Assembly (NCBI GenBank): GCA_012728835.1
Contig: JAAYEJ010000012.1
Coordinates: 123,207 to 187,206 of the forward strand
DNA length: 64,000 bases
Reading direction: 5' to 3'
From: Candidatus Brocadiaceae bacterium
GTDB taxonomy: Bacteria > Planctomycetota > Brocadiia > SM23-32
Part shown: one piece after another, positions 37,839-46,303 of the stretch
Numbering within the stretch: position 1 is the first letter of the stretch
Layout: each line of letters starts with the position of its first letter
Program-made: the position numbers and the translations under genes
Notes under the pieces: model-generated
What the model saw: only the letters and a program-made list of their open reading frames with translations
What the model was told of the DNA's origin: nothing
Databases searched by the model: none

Positions 37839-38159
37839 CTACGTCTTGGACCCGCCTCTGCGGATCTCCTCGGCGATCTCGTCCACCTCTTCGGCGCCTT
37901 CGTTGAGGAGGTCGGCCTCGTCCTCGACCAGGATGCTGATCAGGCGCTGGAATTCCCCGGCGTGCACGCGCTCCTCATTGGCGATGTCGAGCAGCACGGC
38001 CCTGGCCAGTTCGTCGTCCGTTGCGTCCGCGTGGGACTCGTAGAGATGGACGGCCTCCTGCTCGGCGGCCAGGCCCAGCCTCAGGGCACGGACCAACTCC
38101 GCCTTGTTCATCTTGCGTTCGGGAACGACGCCGCTGAACGGGTTCATGAACTCCGGCAT
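37839..38159 (-). CDS. Small two-helix ferritin-like / rubrerythrin-like protein (Flp/EncFtn-like half-ferritin)
   Basis: 106 aa. Paired di-iron half-sites AAEQEAVHLYE and IANEERVHAGEF (E..E..H). The N-terminus MPEFMNPFSGVVPERKMNKAELVRALRL resembles the ferritin-like cargo/stand-alone family as I remember it. Confidence 0.55.
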   Translation of the reverse strand: MPEFMNPFSGVVPERKMNKAELVRALRLGLAAEQEAVHLYESHADATDDELARAVLLDIANEERVHAGEFQRLISILVEDEADLLNEGAEEVDEIAEEIRRGGSKT

Positions 38160-38274
38160 GGCTATGCCTCCTCCTGTGTGGACGGGCTGGGCGCCCGCCG
38201 ATTCCGCCGGGCTCTGCCGGTCTCCTCCTTGTAGTCGAGGTGCGGCGGCATGTCAACCGTCGCCGCGCAGGATG

Positions 38275-39423
38275 TCAACGCAGGCGCTCGATCTCGTCCA
38301 GCATCGTCTGCAGGTTCGCTTCGGGGGTGCCGGGCAGGGCGTAGTTGGAGAGGCCGACCATGACGCCCCTGCGCCGCCGGGCGACGTCCATGCACGAGGC
38401 CACTTCGTCGGCGACTTCCTGCCGCGTGCCCGTGTGCAGGGCCTGCGAACTCAGGTTGCCCAGGAGTATGAGGCGGGGGAAGCGGTCCCGCAGCGTCTCC
38501 AGGTCCATGCCCGCGCGGCGGTCGATCTCGTAGTAGCCGTCCACGCCGGCCGCACCGAACAGGTCGTCGGCCACGGCCCAGAGGCGGCCGTCGCTGGCGA
38601 ACAGGTAGAGCAGGCCGTGCTTGTGGCAGGCGTCCGTCATGCGCTTGAGCGGGGGCAGCAGCAGTTCGTGGAAGACGTGCGGAGAGAAGAAGGTCCCCGT
38701 CGTGGAGGCGAAATCGCCTCCGCCGAACAGGTATTGCGCTCCGGCGGCGGCCAGGAACGGCGCGCTGAGGACGAGGCGCTCCGCCTGCGTCTCCAGATGT
38801 CGGCGCACGAGGTCCGGACGCAGCATGGTCGCTTCCAGCCAGATGGCCTCGTAGGGCAGGCCGATGTAGCCGGCGTCGGTGCGCACGGTGCGCTCGCCGC
38901 CGTAGCGGGCGATCAGGCGGCGCGTCTCCTGGAAATCGGCGTCGGTCGGACGGAAGCCGGCGAGCGCCGCCTCCTCCCGGGCGATGAAGGCCTCCAGGGC
39001 CTCGTAGTCGGCGATGCCGCGTGTCTCCGGACGCTGGTCGATGATGCTGAACAGCTCCGTGTCGGCGTCGAAGCGGTAGACCTTGTAGTCGCCGTCGGGG
39101 TCGCCGTAGAGGAACGTGCGTTCATCGATGCGCCTGTCGGGCCGGACGGGCATGCGCCAGTATTCCATCCGGACGATGTCCTGTCCGGTCGCGACGGCCA
39201 GGTCGAAGGCGTCGCGGCGGGAGCGGGCCAGGAACTCGGCGTGGGCCTCCTCGCCTTCCCACAGCGCACGGGCCTCGCGGAACTGCTGGATGCCTCCCCC
39301 CACCCAGGCATCGCGGCCCAGGATCATGGAGGCGACGGCGGAGCTGAAGCCGACGTGACAGACGGGGACCCGGTCGACCTCCCGCGTGTCGAACGCGTTG
39401 CGGACTCGTTCCTTCGGCAGCAT
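38275..39423 (-). CDS. Uroporphyrinogen-decarboxylase (URO-D/MtaA-like) family protein
   Basis: N-terminus MLPKERVRNAFDTREVDRVPV and an overall size of 382 aa fit URO-D-fold methyltransferase/decarboxylase family members. The substrate is unknown. Confidence 0.55.
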   Translation of the reverse strand: MLPKERVRNAFDTREVDRVPVCHVGFSSAVASMILGRDAWVGGGIQQFREARALWEGEEAHAEFLARSRRDAFDLAVATGQDIVRMEYWRMPVRPDRRIDERTFLYGDPDGDYKVYRFDADTELFSIIDQRPETRGIADYEALEAFIAREEAALAGFRPTDADFQETRRLIARYGGERTVRTDAGYIGLPYEAIWLEATMLRPDLVRRHLETQAERLVLSAPFLAAAGAQYLFGGGDFASTTGTFFSPHVFHELLLPPLKRMTDACHKHGLLYLFASDGRLWAVADDLFGAAGVDGYYEIDRRAGMDLETLRDRFPRLILLGNLSSQALHTGTRQEVADEVASCMDVARRRRGVMVGLSNYALPGTPEANLQTMLDEIERLR

Positions 39424-39543
39424 GGCGTCTTCCTCTTCCCATGACGGGTGCGGAAGGGCTCGGACCCGATGTACATACGGGATGGGCCGCCCGGCTGCAA
39501 CGGGAAGGCGGGAACGCGCGTGCGATGGTCCGGACGGGCCGGC

Positions 39544-41907
39544 TCAGCCGGCCGGTTCTCCCTGGACGATTCGGCGGACCGCGTCGGCGATGCGCTGTCC
39601 GGTTGTGTCGCGCAGGAAGCCCTGGACGACCGCGTCGTCCGCCTCGCCGCCGCCGTCGACGGCGATGAGCGTCACCTCTCCCCAGTAGCGTCCGCCGTCT
39701 TCGCGGGCCATCTCCAGGTCGGCGGTCTGGACCGCCGCCGGCGTTCGGCAGGCCTTCTGCAGCAGCTTGGAGAGCGCTTTCCTGGCGGAATCCGCCGCCA
39801 GGTCGCTCAGGGCCATGCCCATCAGGCGTTCGGGCGCGTAGCCGCAGACCTGTGGGGCGGCCGGGTTGCACCAGCGGATGGTGCCGTTGCGGTCGGTGCA
39901 GAAGACCATCTCGGGCAGGATGGCGGCCAGCTGGCTCAGCCGGTCGGATGCGGCCGCCGAGGCATCGGCGGCCGCCGGAGCGCCGGCGGGGGCCGGCGGG
40001 GCGGGGTATGCCTGTTCGACACGGCAGACGGCCGGAGACCGGCTCTCGACGAGCGTGCTCCAGTAGGCGAGCGCGCCGTTGCCGTCGCGCAGGGCCAGGC
40101 GACGGTTTTCGAGGGGGACGCCGGTCTCGAAGACGGAGGCGAGCGTGTCGATGAACTCCTCCGGATCCTCCACGGCATCGGCCAGTCCCTTCCGGGCCAC
40201 CTCGAGGTAGTTGCTGCCGAGCAGGTCTTCCTTGCTGCAGCCGAGGAGGTGTGCGGCGGTTGCGTTGGCCCACGTGATCCGGCCCTGGCCGTCCAGCACG
40301 GCCACGGCGCCCTCCAGGCGGTCGATGCCTTCGTCCAGGAGGGCGGCCACCTTGCGGGCTTCGGCCCAGAGTTCCCGTTCGGCCTGCTCCTGTTCGGTGG
40401 CGCCGAGGATGGTCAGGACGAGGCAGTTGCCGTCCTGGCCGGCGAAGCGGGCGACGCGCAGGTCGGCGGGCACGGAGTCGCCGTTCGACTTCTGCACGGC
40501 GATGCGTTCGGCGGCTTCGCCGCGGTCGACGGCCGCCGCAAGGCAGCGGCGCAGGCCCTCCTGGTGTTCGGCGGGAACCAGGCTTTCGACGGGCCGGGCC
40601 TGCAGTTCCTCCTCGGTCTGGTCGCTCAAGGCGCAGAGCTTCGGGTTGGCGTACTGGATGGTGCCGTCCGGCCCCACCATGACCACGCCGGCGTTGGCCC
40701 GTTCGGTCAGGGTGCGGTAGAGCCATTCACGGGCGCGCAGGTTCTCCGAGGCGGCCTCGGATGCCTGGGCGGGGCGGAGCAGGACGATGGCGCTGGTGAC
40801 CTTGCCCACGGCGTTGCGGACGGGCCAGGCCTTCACGCGCAGGGGCGTGTTGGTGGCCTTGTGCACGACCTCGGAGTCGGCCGGACGTCCCCGTTCGAGG
40901 GCGTCGGCGATGGGGCAGGAGTACGGCGGTTCGTCTTCGTTGTACAGCAGCCGGCAGTAGGGGCGGCCGACCGTTTCGTCGTCGCCCCTGCGGAACTGCT
41001 TCATGGCGGCCGGGTTGGCCTGGAGGACGGACAGGTCGGCGTCGACGAGCATCACGGCCTCTCCGAAGGCGTTGAGGACCTCCGGCCCGGCCGATCCGCC
41101 GGTGGCTGCGCGCGCCTCGGCGGCCAGGATGACGGCGCGCTCCCTGCGCGTCCACTGCGTGAGCACCAGCGGGATTGCGCTGGCGAAGTGCGGTTCCTTC
41201 ACCAGGTGGTAGTCGGCGCCCGCCTCCAGGATCTCCACGGCGCTTTCGGGGTCCCACCGTTCGGTCAGGCAGATGACCAGCAGGGTCGGGCGTTTGATCT
41301 TAAGGATCTGGATCAGTCCCGCGGCGGCATCGGGCCCGGCGTCCCAGTCCAGCACGGCGACGTCGTAATGCACGGTGCCGCTCATCGTGTCGGAGGTGGA
41401 GACTCCGTAGTCGACGGCCTTGACCTCCACGTCGCGCAGGCTCCCCTCGATGGCCTGGATGATGGCGGCGCGGTCCGACTCGATGTTCTCGATGAGCATG
41501 ATGCGCAGGAACCGGTCGAGCGCGATCTTGTCTTCGTCGGGGCGGCTGGCGGGGCGGGGCGGGGGTTCCTTGGCCGGCGACCGGGCCGTGACCCGCTGGC
41601 GCACGTCGGCCGGGGCGACGGTCGGCTTGGCGCCCTTGCCCTCGGCGGAGCGGCGTCGTTCGGCCTCGTCGACCCGCAGGAGCGCTTCCTGGGCGCGGGG
41701 GTATCCCATCTTGAGTGCGCGCTCCAGGGCAATGCGCGAGACGTCCAGGTTGTCCACCTTGTAGAGGCAGACTCCCAGCCCGAACCAGGCGCGCGCGTCG
41801 CTGGAGTCGGTCTCCGTGGCCTGCAAGTAGACCTCAACGGCTTCCTGGTATCTGCGGTCCTTGACGAGTTCACCCGCCTTCTTCAGCAGGTAGGTTGCCT
41901 TGGCCAT
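39544..41907 (-). CDS. TPR - receiver-like - 4xPAS signalling protein without recognisable output domain
   Basis: Start at ATG 41907 (MAKATYLLKKAGELVKDRRYQEAVEVYLQA, TPR). REC-like block RIMLIENIESD...VAVLDWD...VICLTE...HLVKEP. Four PAS cores: VMLVDADLSVLQANPAA, VVMVGPDGTIQYANPKL, VAVLDGQGRITWANATA, MVFCTDRNGTIRWCNPAA. No HisKA/HATPase, GGDEF, EAL or HD motifs. Confidence 0.8.
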   Translation of the reverse strand: MAKATYLLKKAGELVKDRRYQEAVEVYLQATETDSSDARAWFGLGVCLYKVDNLDVSRIALERALKMGYPRAQEALLRVDEAERRRSAEGKGAKPTVAPADVRQRVTARSPAKEPPPRPASRPDEDKIALDRFLRIMLIENIESDRAAIIQAIEGSLRDVEVKAVDYGVSTSDTMSGTVHYDVAVLDWDAGPDAAAGLIQILKIKRPTLLVICLTERWDPESAVEILEAGADYHLVKEPHFASAIPLVLTQWTRRERAVILAAEARAATGGSAGPEVLNAFGEAVMLVDADLSVLQANPAAMKQFRRGDDETVGRPYCRLLYNEDEPPYSCPIADALERGRPADSEVVHKATNTPLRVKAWPVRNAVGKVTSAIVLLRPAQASEAASENLRAREWLYRTLTERANAGVVMVGPDGTIQYANPKLCALSDQTEEELQARPVESLVPAEHQEGLRRCLAAAVDRGEAAERIAVQKSNGDSVPADLRVARFAGQDGNCLVLTILGATEQEQAERELWAEARKVAALLDEGIDRLEGAVAVLDGQGRITWANATAAHLLGCSKEDLLGSNYLEVARKGLADAVEDPEEFIDTLASVFETGVPLENRRLALRDGNGALAYWSTLVESRSPAVCRVEQAYPAPPAPAGAPAAADASAAASDRLSQLAAILPEMVFCTDRNGTIRWCNPAAPQVCGYAPERLMGMALSDLAADSARKALSKLLQKACRTPAAVQTADLEMAREDGGRYWGEVTLIAVDGGGEADDAVVQGFLRDTTGQRIADAVRRIVQGEPAG

Positions 41908-42023
41908 GGACTTCGCTCCCCGAAGACTTGAGGCACGACACCCGTTGCCGAGGCCCATGCGGTCCCGGGCGCCCGGCCGGTCCACGGGTCGCGGCCCTTC
42001 ACAGGCCCGCGATCCGGTGGGCA

Positions 42024-42053
42024 GTTGTACGCAAATAAGGCACTCGAAGTCAA
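42024..42053 (-). promoter_or_regulatory. Candidate promoter TTGACT-18-TACAAC (minus strand) for the PAS-protein gene
   Basis: The reverse complement of 42024-42053 reads TTGACTtcgagtgccttatttgcgTACAAC, in the only AT-richer patch of the divergent intergenic region. Confidence 0.35.
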
Positions 42054-42180
42054 GCCGTCGGCCGTTTTCCGGGGCTCGCCGGGGCGCAACCGAGCCCCGA
42101 AGGACGCAGCGGGGGCGTTTTCGGGCGCGCCGCAGGCGGCGATGCCTGGAATCCTCTGGTCGCCGGGGGCGGTCCCGCGC

Positions 42181-42186
42181 TACAAT
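42181..42186 (+). promoter_or_regulatory. Candidate -10 box TACAAT upstream of the Ser/Thr kinase gene
   Basis: TACAATGG lies 78 nt before the ATG at 42264. The same octamer occurs upstream of hslV and at 47178. Confidence 0.3.
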
Positions 42187-42263
42187 GGCTGCGGCTCGGT
42201 CTGGGGCGGAGTCCACCGCGATGGAACGGGCCTTGGGAGCGCGGACGCCGGGGTCTCAACGCC

Positions 42264-44873
42264 ATGGGCAAGGCTACAGGGCCGCAGAGGTTCGGCAAGT
42301 GCCTCATCGAACGAGAGATCGGTCGAGGTGCCCGGTCCATCGTGTATCTGGCCCGGCATGAGGGGCTCCAGATCCCCGTCGCCGTCAAGGTGCTGCAGAG
42401 CAGCCGGGCCGAGGACGACGGGCTGTTCTCCGAGCGCTTCATGCGCGAGGCGCGCATCGCCGCCCAACTGACGCACACGAGCATCGTGCGCGTCTACGAC
42501 TGCGGGGAACGGGGCGACGACTACTACCTGGTGCTCGAGTTCATCGACGGCGAGAGCTGCAAGGACCGGATGCGCCGGAGGGGCGCCTTCGACGCGGAGA
42601 CGGCCGTGGGGATCATCCGCTCCGTGGCCGACGGCCTCCGGTACGCCAGCACCAAGGGCATCATCCATCGGGACCTGAAGCCCGAGAACATAATGATCGA
42701 CCGCGACGGCGCGGTGCGCATCGCCGACCTGGGCCTGGCCAAGGAGGTCGCCACGCCGAGGGCGTCGGCCACGGCCGACGGGGACGTCCTCGGCACGCCC
42801 TACTACATGAGTCCCGAGCAGGTCCGCCAGCCGGCGGACGTGGATTTCCGCAGCGACATCTACTCGCTCGGCGCGACGTTCTACCACATGGTCACCGGGG
42901 TGGTGCCCTTTGAGGCGCCCACGCCGTTCGAGATCATGACCATGCATCTGAACGAGCCCGTGCCGCATCCGCAGACGCGCCGGGCGGACCTGAGCCCCGC
43001 CCTGTGCGACGTCATCATGCGGATGATGGCGAAGGAGCCCCAGAGCCGCTATCAGAGCTACGGTGACCTGATCCGCGATCTGGACGCGCTGGGGTTCGGC
43101 GAGGCCGACGCGGGCGCGGGGCCGTTCGGGCGCGCGGGCGCACCCGTCGTCCCGCCGCCGGACGCGCGGGTGCCCGTGCCGGCCGCGTACGCGGCCACCG
43201 TGCCCCTGCAGGAGGAGGCGCAGGCCGAGCGGATCGAGCCGGAGTGCCTGCCTGCAACCGTCCATTGCGCGCATGCCCGGGCGTTCGCGGCGCTGTCGGC
43301 GATCCTGTACGCCGTCTTCGGCGTCTGCCTCTACCTGGCCGTCCGCATCCCGTTGGGTTCGGTGGCCGGGCTCGCCGTGATGCTGGCCTTCCTGGCGGTC
43401 TCCGTGGGATGGGCCGTGCGGATGGCGGGCGGCATTCGAGAGCGAGACCGGGCCGGAGAGCGCGATGCGGTCGAGGACTTGATCGCGCTGGCGCTGGGCC
43501 GGTTGTGCGACCGGTTGAGCCTGGCGGTGCCCCGCGTGCGCATGACGCGGCGGTCGGACGCCCTGTGCCTCGTCTATGGCCGCTTCGGCGGGCGTGCCGT
43601 GATCTGCCTGCCGGGTGCCTGGCTGCGAAACGCCGCCCCGGGCGCCGCCGAGACCGACGCGCTGCTCGCGCAGGGCCTGGCCGGCGTCTACAGCGGCGCG
43701 GCCGACCTGCGCACGGCCCTGGCGGTGCCGGTCTCGGTGCTGGGGCTGATCGAACGCGTCTCGCGAGTGGTCGCCCGGTGTCTCCCGGGGCGACGCAAGG
43801 AGACGGCCAGGGCGGCTGCCGGCCTGCTGCTGGCCGCCGTCGTTCCGCTGGCGTTGCTCGTGCTGTCCCCGGCGGCCGGGTTCCTGGGGCTGCTGTTCCT
43901 CGGCGTGCTGATGCTGACGGCGGCGTTCGAGCGAGAGAGCGTGCAGGCGGCCGACGACTTCGCCGCGCGTGTGGTCGAGGACCCGGAGCCCGTGCAGTCG
44001 GTGATCCTGCTCGGCGGCCTTGCCGGCCCGGAGCGCGGCCGGCTGCTGCGCGATGGTCTGGGCGCGGCCGCGGCCGCGGCCGCGTCGGCGGGGGCGCTCT
44101 CGGGGGAGGAGCGCGAGCGCATCCTGCGCGGCCTGCTGGAGCCGGGCGATGGTCCGCTCACCGGCGCGGACGTGTGGACGTCCGCCCTCGGGCTGCTGTC
44201 CCGTGGGCCGTCGGCCGCGCGGCGGATCCGCCGTCTGGCGGCGGCCGAGGGCGAAGGGCATCCGGCCCGGGAGGTGATGGCGCTGGTGCGGCATGCCTAT
44301 TCCCGCCTGCTGGTCTCCACGCGACGCAAGCCCCCGGTGGTGTCCATGGCCGACCTGGCAGGCGTGCGGTCGCAGGCCATTGTGGGCGGCATGGCGGGCG
44401 CGACCGCGCTGTGCGTGTTCCTGTTCATGGTTTTGACGACGGTGCCCCACTACCTGGACTTCCTGTTGACCGTCGGCGTGCTGGCGGCGGTGGCGGGCAC
44501 GATGGCGGGCCATCAGTTCCGGGGGGACGCGCCCTCGGCCGGGCTGCTGGGGTGGCGGATCCTGGTCGCCACCACGTCCTTTGTATGCAGCACGATGCTG
44601 GGCCTCTGCCTGGCGGACGGCCTGCTGGGTCAGCGGGTGCTTTCGCGGCTGGCTCTGCAGCTTCCGCTGCTCATGATCCCGCTTCTGGCGGTTGCCGCCC
44701 TTGCCGGCGGGCTGTTCGTGCGCTGGACGTTCAGGGCGGGGCGTGGAACGGCGGCGGACCGACCAAGTCCGTCCCGGACGGCTCACACGGCGGCCCTGAA
44801 CGGGGATGGTGGGCGGCGGGCGGTGCGGATGCGCGAGGTCTCCGTGGAGGACGAGCCGCCGAAGCGGCGATGA
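42264..44873 (+). CDS. Ser/Thr protein kinase with large polytopic C-terminal membrane region (M48-like but lacking HExxH)
   Basis: Hanks motifs GRGARSIVY, VAVK, HRDLKPENIMI, DLGLAK and GTPYYMSPE. The C-terminal roughly 590 aa have more than 10 TM segments, with an M48-like layout (see findings). Confidence 0.9.
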   Translation: MGKATGPQRFGKCLIEREIGRGARSIVYLARHEGLQIPVAVKVLQSSRAEDDGLFSERFMREARIAAQLTHTSIVRVYDCGERGDDYYLVLEFIDGESCKDRMRRRGAFDAETAVGIIRSVADGLRYASTKGIIHRDLKPENIMIDRDGAVRIADLGLAKEVATPRASATADGDVLGTPYYMSPEQVRQPADVDFRSDIYSLGATFYHMVTGVVPFEAPTPFEIMTMHLNEPVPHPQTRRADLSPALCDVIMRMMAKEPQSRYQSYGDLIRDLDALGFGEADAGAGPFGRAGAPVVPPPDARVPVPAAYAATVPLQEEAQAERIEPECLPATVHCAHARAFAALSAILYAVFGVCLYLAVRIPLGSVAGLAVMLAFLAVSVGWAVRMAGGIRERDRAGERDAVEDLIALALGRLCDRLSLAVPRVRMTRRSDALCLVYGRFGGRAVICLPGAWLRNAAPGAAETDALLAQGLAGVYSGAADLRTALAVPVSVLGLIERVSRVVARCLPGRRKETARAAAGLLLAAVVPLALLVLSPAAGFLGLLFLGVLMLTAAFERESVQAADDFAARVVEDPEPVQSVILLGGLAGPERGRLLRDGLGAAAAAAASAGALSGEERERILRGLLEPGDGPLTGADVWTSALGLLSRGPSAARRIRRLAAAEGEGHPAREVMALVRHAYSRLLVSTRRKPPVVSMADLAGVRSQAIVGGMAGATALCVFLFMVLTTVPHYLDFLLTVGVLAAVAGTMAGHQFRGDAPSAGLLGWRILVATTSFVCSTMLGLCLADGLLGQRVLSRLALQLPLLMIPLLAVAALAGGLFVRWTFRAGRGTAADRPSPSRTAHTAALNGDGGRRAVRMREVSVEDEPPKRR

Positions 44874-44921
44874 GGGTCGGACAAGGGCGTTCCGGACGGA
44901 TCGACGGCGGAGGCTTCGGAC

Positions 44922-45353
44922 ATGAGGCGAATCGTTCACAGCGGGTCGGTCGTGGCCCTGGAGGGGGAGCGTGCGGTTGTGCAGCTGGTGGCCTCGGAGG
45001 CCTGTCAGCCGGGCAAGTTCGGGTGTGCGTGCTGCGGGTCCGGGCAGCAGGAGCCGCGTCGGATCCGGGTGCCGCGCGCCGATCTGGTGCAAGGGGACGC
45101 GGTGACCGTCTCCATCCCCGTCTACGTCACCTACCTGGCCACGCTGGCCGCTTTCGGCCTGCCAGCGATCGGCTTTCTTGCCGGTGCGCTGATCGGGCTG
45201 GCTGTGGAGGGGAACCAGGAGGCGCACGGCATGCCGATCATCGTCGGCAGCTTCTGCGGGCTGGCCGCCGGCGTGGGGCTGTCGCTGCTGGCGGAGAAGC
45301 ACATCGGGGCCGGGTCCTACGAGGTGCGGCGCGTCTCGGACGCCGGCTCCTGA
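44922..45353 (+). CDS. RseC/MucC-family (SoxR-reducing-system-type) small membrane protein
   Basis: N-terminal beta domain with Cys cluster CQPGKFGCACCGSG, then two TM helices. The layout matches RseC. Confidence 0.6.
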   Translation: MRRIVHSGSVVALEGERAVVQLVASEACQPGKFGCACCGSGQQEPRRIRVPRADLVQGDAVTVSIPVYVTYLATLAAFGLPAIGFLAGALIGLAVEGNQEAHGMPIIVGSFCGLAAGVGLSLLAEKHIGAGSYEVRRVSDAGS

Positions 45354-46303
45354 GCCCGGCGCGCCGGGCTCAGCATGGCGCGGACGATCATGTCCACGGC
45401 GTCCTCTTCGGTCAGGCCCCGGGCCATGAGGGTCTCCATCTGCCGGGAATCCACGCTGCCGATCGATGCCTCGTGCGTCACGCGCGCGAGCGGATGGCGC
45501 ACGTCGACGATCGGGGTGGCGCGGGCGATGGCCCGATCCATGACGATCTCCTTGCAGTCGACGTGGCCCACGGCGTGCGGGGCCGAGGCGGTCAGCTCGT
45601 TGTAGACGTCCGCCCGGGCATCGTCCTTGACGGCAATGCGGCTCAGGAGCACGCCGGCCGCGCCGGGTCCTTGCAGGTGGGCGACCTCGCGGATGCGGAT
45701 CTCGTCATCGTCGCTCCCGGACATGCGGGCGACCATCCGCAGCGAGCTGTGCTCCCGGCAACGCGCCTCGTAGTCGATGTCCATGCGGCCGACGCGCCCT
45801 TCCAGCAGTTCGAACTCCGTCTCGAACGACGCGCGGGGTGCGAGAGTGACGCGGGCGCGGGGTACGACGACGACGCCGCCGGCCGGTCCGTGGACGTGCC
45901 GCTCGAAGTAGGTGTAGCGCGCGTCCTCCGCGATGCGGATGTCGGCCTCCATCTCGTGGGTGACGTCCAGGGCGTTCGGGAAGACGCAGTGGGCCTGCAG
46001 GGTCACCCGGCTGCGCGGTTCGGCCGTCACGTCCAGCAGGATCCGCTGCAGGCCGGCCTCGGGCAGCACGCCGAAGCAGAGATGGACGGGGTTGCGCAAC
46101 TGCGCTCCTTCGCGCACGCACACGCGCACGCGCACGCCGTCGGCCATCTCGTCCGGCTCGACGACGAGCCCGGGCACCAGGTGGGCGCCGATGACCCTGT
46201 TCTCGTGGATCACCAGGTGTGCGGCCTGGGAGTCTGCGAAGACCGACGGATCCTCCCCCACGTGGCCGTAGACGGCCAGCATCTGCTCGAAATCGCCGAC
46301 CAT
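45317..46303 (-). CDS. SufB/SufD-family Fe-S cluster assembly scaffold protein (short, 328 aa)
   Basis: Start at ATG 46303 (MVGDFEQ...). The C-terminal motif GHVDCKEIVMD...ATPIVDV....ARVTHEASIGSVDSRQMETLMARGLTEEDA is the SufBD signature. TGATG overlap with sufC. Confidence 0.8.
   Translation of the reverse strand: MVGDFEQMLAVYGHVGEDPSVFADSQAAHLVIHENRVIGAHLVPGLVVEPDEMADGVRVRVCVREGAQLRNPVHLCFGVLPEAGLQRILLDVTAEPRSRVTLQAHCVFPNALDVTHEMEADIRIAEDARYTYFERHVHGPAGGVVVVPRARVTLAPRASFETEFELLEGRVGRMDIDYEARCREHSSLRMVARMSGSDDDEIRIREVAHLQGPGAAGVLLSRIAVKDDARADVYNELTASAPHAVGHVDCKEIVMDRAIARATPIVDVRHPLARVTHEASIGSVDSRQMETLMARGLTEEDAVDMIVRAMLSPARRAQEPASETRRTS

Noticed and set aside
36355-39423. Possible encapsulin nanocompartment operon around the ferritin-like gene.
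   Set aside because: No HK97-fold shell-sized gene is adjacent. The neighbours are a PaaK-like ligase and a URO-D-like protein, and the ferritin-like C-terminus lacks a typical targeting peptide.
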